This document shows positions 35,960-35,960 of a stretch of 35,960 bases of DNA, piece after piece (the first letter of the stretch is position 1; each line of letters begins with the position of its first letter). The notes beneath the pieces are model-generated. The model was not told the DNA's origin, ran no database searches, and saw only the letters and a program-made list of their open reading frames with translations. The position numbers and the translations under genes were made by a program. The DNA is from a bacterium (GTDB lineage Bacteria; JAMCPX01): NCBI GenBank assembly GCA_021787655.1, contig JAJYLM010000003.1, positions 1-35,960 of the forward strand, given 5' to 3'.

Positions 35960-35960
35960 C

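Overview
Bacterial chromosomal segment; gene content (MglA-like GTPase, DUF4388/PATAN receiver protein, MJ0042-type Zn-finger, DUF2378-like protein, outer-membrane beta-barrels) suggests a diderm deltaproteobacterium-like organism (inference). Left to right: (1) two tandem paralogous beta-propeller (NHL-like repeat) surface proteins, the complete one a lipoprotein, separated by REP-like palindromes; (2) an OYE-family flavin oxidoreductase and an OprO/P-like porin; (3) a tightly packed + strand run 6503-16543 mixing birA and coaX with a degenerate EF-G paralog, a SPOR protein and an orphan MglA-like GTPase; (4) a - strand thiol-redox cluster (two thioredoxins, TrxB, PDO, CoA-disulfide reductase-like, OsmC, beta-barrel) preceded by a DHS-like protein and an epimerase; (5) an AT-rich 860 bp gap (25309-26169) with almost no ORF-track coverage that contains what looks like a complete stand-alone transcription unit (promoter, structured leader, strong RBS, terminator) for a 16-aa peptide MATKKKAKKATKKKKK, plus operator-like palindromes; (6) fadD, a partial liv ABC cluster, aspA, an SDR and the Q/N-rich tail of a truncated gene. 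No rRNA, tRNA, CRISPR array, integrase or transposase was recognised. All family calls are from motif recognition by eye, not database searches.
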